From positions 370,212 to 434,211 of the forward strand of contig CBDAOU010000001.1 of NCBI GenBank assembly GCA_965198185.1: a stretch of 64,000 bases of DNA. The letters are read 5' to 3'. Under the pieces are notes generated by a model. The model did not search any database, was not told the DNA's origin, and saw only the letters and a list, made by a program, of their open reading frames with translations. The position numbers and the translations under genes were made by a program. The stretch is from Chloroflexota bacterium (GTDB lineage: Bacteria > Chloroflexota > UBA11872). Shown here piece by piece: positions 59,781-64,000 of this stretch (positions within the stretch are counted from its first letter, which is position 1; the number at the start of each line of letters is the position of its first letter).

Positions 59781-59918
59781 GCCGCCCAACAGCGCGTCGG
59801 GATCGTTCGCAACCACCGCCGCGTCCACGCGTGGCGTGTCGCCCGGCGGGGCCGCCGATCGGACCGGACTCCGGCCTCGGAGTGCGCTGCGAGCGAGTAC
59901 GATGCGATTGCCCGCATT

Positions 59919-61268
59919 GTGCGGGTGATGCCTCCTGCGGGGCCGGTGAAAGCACGTCGCGCGCCGTCTGCGCCCTTGGGTCGCGCTGCCGCATGGGTTG
60001 GACGCGTGCCGCTGCACGTACCAGGCATCGCCGAACTGAACGCGGGTCTCGCCCCCGACGTGCGCCGGAACTTTCGCGCCACGCTGATTCACTGGGTCCT
60101 GGCGGGGGTCTTCGTCGGCAGCGTCGGGAGCTTCATGCCTGTCGTCGCCCGCCGGCTCGGCGGCGACGAGTTCACGGTGGCGCTGACCATCGCCGTGCAG
60201 TTCTTCGGGGGCATCCTGGCAATCGCCGGCCCCTATCTCCTGCGCGGAGTCCAGCCGGCCCGGGCGGTGGCGGCCCTCTGGGCCATCGGGCGCCTGGTAC
60301 TGGTCGCCGCCCTGGTGATCGATGCAGCGGGACCATTCGTCGTCATGCTCCTGGTGTGGTCGATCATCGCGATGATGGGCGTTCCGCTCTACGTGGGCGT
60401 GACGCAGGCCGCGTTTCCCCGCCGCGTCCGGGGTCGACTCATTGGCGCGGCCCAGGCCGCGATGGCGGTGGTGGTGCTGCTGGTGTCACCGCTGGCCGGA
60501 GGGCTGATGGACGCCGTGGGCTACGGTCCCGTCTTCGCCGGCGGCGCCATCGTCGGCGCGCTGGGGGCTCTGGCCCTGCTGCGTATCCGCGCGCGCCCGC
60601 GACAACCTATCGTCCGTCGGTCGCCGTGGCGCATGTTCCGGCAGACGCTGGCGAACCGACGGTTTCGCAGCTACACCGCGAGTTCGAGCGTCGCCTTGTT
60701 CGGCGACTTGCTGATCCAGCCGACCGTCGCGATTGTGCTGGTGGATTCGTTCGACGCCTCATTCACCCTGGTCGGCGTGCTGGCGCTCATCCAGAGCATC
60801 ACGTGGGCAGCGGGGTATCTGCTTTGGGGCGCCGTGAGCGACCGGCGTTCCGGGCCGTTCGTCGTGTGGATCTCCACCCTGCTCAAGCTGGTGATCGCCG
60901 CGCTGTTCATCGTGGCCATTCAAGCAGACAATCTGTGGCTGTTGGTGCCGGCCTACGCGGCCATCGGGCTCAACTTCGCCGCCGGCGACGTGGGGTGGCA
61001 GACCTCGCTCGCGTCTCTGGCGCAGCCCGAGGAAGTTAATGCCTTCGCCAGCAGCTTCTGGCTAATTCTCGGAGTCCTCGGCATCGCCGGGCCGCTGCTT
61101 GGCGCCGCCGTGCTCGTGGTCGGCGGTCCGGTCGCGGCCTTTGCTTCGGCGCTCGGTCTGGCCGCGGTGGGAAGCGTGCTGATGGCTCGCGTGGCGCGCG
61201 GCTTCGCGCCCGCGGACGAGCCGCAGCGCGAGGCCGCCGGCACCGAGGATGCGCGACTGGCACACTGA
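59919..61268 (+). CDS. MFS transporter (start uncertain)
   Basis: About 12 TM; GLMDAVGY; WGAVSDRRSG motif A-like. Confidence 0.8.
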   Translation: MRVMPPAGPVKARRAPSAPLGRAAAWVGRVPLHVPGIAELNAGLAPDVRRNFRATLIHWVLAGVFVGSVGSFMPVVARRLGGDEFTVALTIAVQFFGGILAIAGPYLLRGVQPARAVAALWAIGRLVLVAALVIDAAGPFVVMLLVWSIIAMMGVPLYVGVTQAAFPRRVRGRLIGAAQAAMAVVVLLVSPLAGGLMDAVGYGPVFAGGAIVGALGALALLRIRARPRQPIVRRSPWRMFRQTLANRRFRSYTASSSVALFGDLLIQPTVAIVLVDSFDASFTLVGVLALIQSITWAAGYLLWGAVSDRRSGPFVVWISTLLKLVIAALFIVAIQADNLWLLVPAYAAIGLNFAAGDVGWQTSLASLAQPEEVNAFASSFWLILGVLGIAGPLLGAAVLVVGGPVAAFASALGLAAVGSVLMARVARGFAPADEPQREAAGTEDARLAH

Positions 61269-61310
61269 ATCGCCGCGCTGCTCACTTCAAGGCTAGGGCC
61301 GGGAGGCGCC

Positions 61311-62648
61311 ATGACGACAATTGCAGACCTGAAGCAACGCGTGGCCGACGCGATCGACGACCGGCAGGACGAGATCGTCGGGATCGGCGAGACCATCATG
61401 GGACGGCCCGAATTGGGCTTCAAGGAGTTCGAGACCGCCGCACTGGTCGCGCAGACATTTGGCGAGCTAGAGCTGGACCACCGCACCGGCTTGGCGATCA
61501 CCGGCGTCTCCGCGCGGATCGAGACCGGGCGCCCCGGCCCCACGCTGGCGCTCATCGGGGAACTTGACGCCCTCACGGTCCCCGGCCACCCGCGCGAAGA
61601 CCCGGCCACCCACGCCGCGCACGCCTGCGGGCACAACGCGCAGATCGCGGGACTGATGGGCGCCGCCGCGGCGTTGAGCGATCCGCGCGTGCACCGCGAC
61701 CTGAGCGGCACGATCGTGCTCATGGCCGTGCCGGCGGAAGAATATGTCGAAGTCGAATACCGCCATGGTCTGCGGCTCGCGGGCGAGCTGGAGTTCTTGG
61801 GCGGCAAGCCCGAGCTGATCGCCCGCGGCGAGTTCGATGACGTCGATCTGGCCATGATGATCCACACCCACGCCCAGCCGGATGACAACGGGATGGCTGC
61901 CGTGACCGCCTCGAACAACGGCTGCGTGGTCAAGCAGATTCGCTATGTCGGTGTGGCGTCGCACGCGGGGGCCGCGCCCGAGCGGGGCGTGAACGCGCTC
62001 TACGCCGCCCAACTCGGCATGGCCGGCATCAACGCGCTGCGCGAGACGTTTCGCGATGAGGACGCGGTGCGCGTGCACCCGATCATCACGCACGGCGGCG
62101 ACCTGGTGAACGTCATACCCGCCGACGTCCGGCTGGAAACCTATGTCCGAGGCAAGACGACCGACGTGATCGACGCGGCGTCGGCCACGGTCGACCGCGC
62201 CCTCAGAGCGGGGGCAATGGCCTTAGACGCCGAGGTCGAAATCCGCACGTTGCCCGGCTATCTGCCGCTGGCGAACAACAGCGCCATGGCCGAGCTGTTT
62301 CTCGCCAACCAGCGTGACATTCACGGCGAGGATGGGACAAGGCGGCTGGGCCACCGCACCGGATCGACGGACATGGGCGACGTTTCGCACATCATGCCGG
62401 CCTTGCACCCCAGCATGGCGGGGGCCACCGGCACCAATCACGCCACCGACTGGGACATCGTGGATCCGCAGATGGCCTACGTGGAGCCGGCCAAAGCGCT
62501 GGCCTGGATGGCTGTGGACCTGCTAGCCGATGGCGCGGGCGTTGCGCGGCGCATTCTGGACGATTTCGAGCCGCTGATGACGCGGGAGGAGTATCTGGCC
62601 TACCAGCGCGGCGTGACGCGCGAGGAGCGCTGGGCGCACGATTTATAG
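61311..62648 (+). CDS. M20 family amidohydrolase (Acy1-like)
   Basis: RPELGFKE, ELDAL, HACGHN, PAEE, SHAG, GSTDMGDVSH. Confidence 0.88.
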   Translation: MTTIADLKQRVADAIDDRQDEIVGIGETIMGRPELGFKEFETAALVAQTFGELELDHRTGLAITGVSARIETGRPGPTLALIGELDALTVPGHPREDPATHAAHACGHNAQIAGLMGAAAALSDPRVHRDLSGTIVLMAVPAEEYVEVEYRHGLRLAGELEFLGGKPELIARGEFDDVDLAMMIHTHAQPDDNGMAAVTASNNGCVVKQIRYVGVASHAGAAPERGVNALYAAQLGMAGINALRETFRDEDAVRVHPIITHGGDLVNVIPADVRLETYVRGKTTDVIDAASATVDRALRAGAMALDAEVEIRTLPGYLPLANNSAMAELFLANQRDIHGEDGTRRLGHRTGSTDMGDVSHIMPALHPSMAGATGTNHATDWDIVDPQMAYVEPAKALAWMAVDLLADGAGVARRILDDFEPLMTREEYLAYQRGVTREERWAHDL

Positions 62649-62660
62649 CCGGCCGCCGAA

Positions 62661-62686
62661 CCCCGCGCCCGAAGGCGCGGGGCTAC
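62661..62686 (-). repeat. GTAG-led hairpin between convergent genes (REP-like, possible terminator)
   Basis: Minus strand GTAG-CCCCGCGCC-TTCG-GGCGCGGGG, perfect 9-bp stem. Confidence 0.6.
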
Positions 62687-62726
62687 GGTCGAGCCGAGCT
62701 AGCGGACGCTGCCCGCTGCCGGCTCG

Positions 62727-64000
62727 CTACGTTTTGTGGGAGGTGACTTCGTGGAATTTGTCCTCTCGCGACCAGACGACCCAGAATTTGCTGTCAGTGT
62801 TCAGCCCAGGGAAGAACGCGCCGCGCAGGTTGAACGACGGGCACTTGTACTCCCCACGGTAGACGCCCTCCTTCAGCTTCCAGTCCTTGCGCGTGCTGCA
62901 ACCATCCACGGGCAAATCGATATCCTCGAGCCGACTGATTATCCCGCCGGCGTCAACGCCGACCCACAACCGCCAGTCGCGCTGCGCACCGATGTGGACG
63001 CTGTGACTGCCAGCCTCCGCAATGTTGACCGTCAATCTGCTGCGGTACGCAATCATCGCGGAATCAAGCACGCTGATCTGCTCGCCGCTGGGCGATCGAA
63101 GGGTCAAGGTGAACGGAGCCTTTTTCCAGTTGCCGTACTCGATGTTGATTGTGACCTGGCCCGCAGGCAAGGTTAGCTGACCGGCACCGCCGCCGTAGCC
63201 GCTGAGGGCTTGATAGGAAATCTGGACATCCTCGGCCGAGAGCGTGGATCCCGTCGCCGTCACGGCGAGGAACTTGCCGTCGCGGTACCAGACCACCCAG
63301 TGCTTCTTGTCGGTGTTGATTTCCGAATAGGACGTACCGTCCAACCGGACACCGCCACAGTCGAAGCGCGCCTTGTGGACACCGTCGCCGGACTGATGCC
63401 ATCGGACTGCTGTCCGGCACCCGTCGAGCGGCTTAGGCACGGATGGCAGTCCGGGCGCAAGGCCAACCCAGATGATCCAGTCTCGGCTGGCGCTCACCCG
63501 GAAAAGGTAGGACGCGGCCTGCGGGGCGTCGAACACGATCTCGCCGTAGTAGCCCACCTCCTGGTTATCGATCAAGGCGACCCGTGCACCACTGCCAGTT
63601 TCATATGTCACGGTTACAGGGCCCTCGCCCCAGCCGCCAAATTGGAGCTGGAGTGTGACCGCGCCCTGCGGCAGGTTGAGCGTTCCAGCTCCGCCGTCGT
63701 AGCCCCGGATGCTCTGGTAGGGGATATCGGCCGAATCTGGGCCCGCCGGGGTCGCGGACGCCGGGGCCGCCGAAGAATCGGCCGGGGGCAGTTCCGCTCG
63801 CTGAAGGCCGGCCACCGAAATGCCGTACCGCGCTTCCCAAGTGGCGCGGTCCAGCACGAAGTCTCCGTAGTTGGTCTCATCGATGCCAAAGATCTCGACG
63901 TCGGCGATGGACTGGATGTGGAGCAGGCGTGGCAGGGGCCATTCCGTTTCCCACTTGACCAGATAAATCGGATCGCCTTCTTTCAACAGACCGGCCGAAA
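62727..64000 (-). CDS. Hypothetical protein with two tandem ~165-aa repeats (5' end outside the window)
   Basis: Frame open to the window edge; repeats YQxxxGYxGGAG...RDWxxWVG...DGC...C...NTDxKxWVVWxRxxKFxxVT. Confidence 0.75.
   Translation of the reverse strand, partial: SAGLLKEGDPIYLVKWETEWPLPRLLHIQSIADVEIFGIDETNYGDFVLDRATWEARYGISVAGLQRAELPPADSSAAPASATPAGPDSADIPYQSIRGYDGGAGTLNLPQGAVTLQLQFGGWGEGPVTVTYETGSGARVALIDNQEVGYYGEIVFDAPQAASYLFRVSASRDWIIWVGLAPGLPSVPKPLDGCRTAVRWHQSGDGVHKARFDCGGVRLDGTSYSEINTDKKHWVVWYRDGKFLAVTATGSTLSAEDVQISYQALSGYGGGAGQLTLPAGQVTINIEYGNWKKAPFTLTLRSPSGEQISVLDSAMIAYRSRLTVNIAEAGSHSVHIGAQRDWRLWVGVDAGGIISRLEDIDLPVDGCSTRKDWKLKEGVYRGEYKCPSFNLRGAFFPGLNTDSKFWVVWSREDKFHEVTSHKT

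Noticed and set aside
58530-60092. 520-aa ORF as a PHP protein with a long N-terminal domain
   Set aside because: The N-terminal half is the antisense shadow of the 59352-59780 and MFS genes.

Overview
GC-rich bacterial chromosome segment. The order secA-prfB-peptidase MA-ftsEX-ctp protease, plus PASTA and DivIC genes, suggests a Chloroflexota-like monoderm (inference only). Most of the window is housekeeping or metabolic: secA (3' end), prfB with its programmed +1 frameshift, ftsEX, smc, rnc, ilvE, gltB, a liv-type ABC transporter, glmS, dut, tilS, ftsH and several hydrolases and transporters. The accessory core is about 39.8-47.6 kb. It holds a lower-GC islet at the 3' end of tRNA-Val(GAC) with a truncated, nonsense-disrupted Cap2-like E1 (ThiF) gene and an intact 672-aa PLD-nuclease/P-loop NTPase gene with no methyltransferase. 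Next is a decayed IS110 (IS621-like) inserted at the CT core of a GTAG-type REP palindrome, with a three-part candidate bridge RNA, and then a doubly frameshifted amtB between two MITEs. Other oddities: a TatB-like protein with a C-terminal three-Cys domain, a second intact ftsE after ftsX, a five-copy MITE with IS5-like ends and REP-like cargo, structured leaders before gltB and amtB, and a 66-aa DnaJ-type zinc-finger ORF. Several single-indel frameshifts may be assembly errors. No CRISPR array or rRNA was seen. All calls come from motif recognition by eye; no database searches were run.
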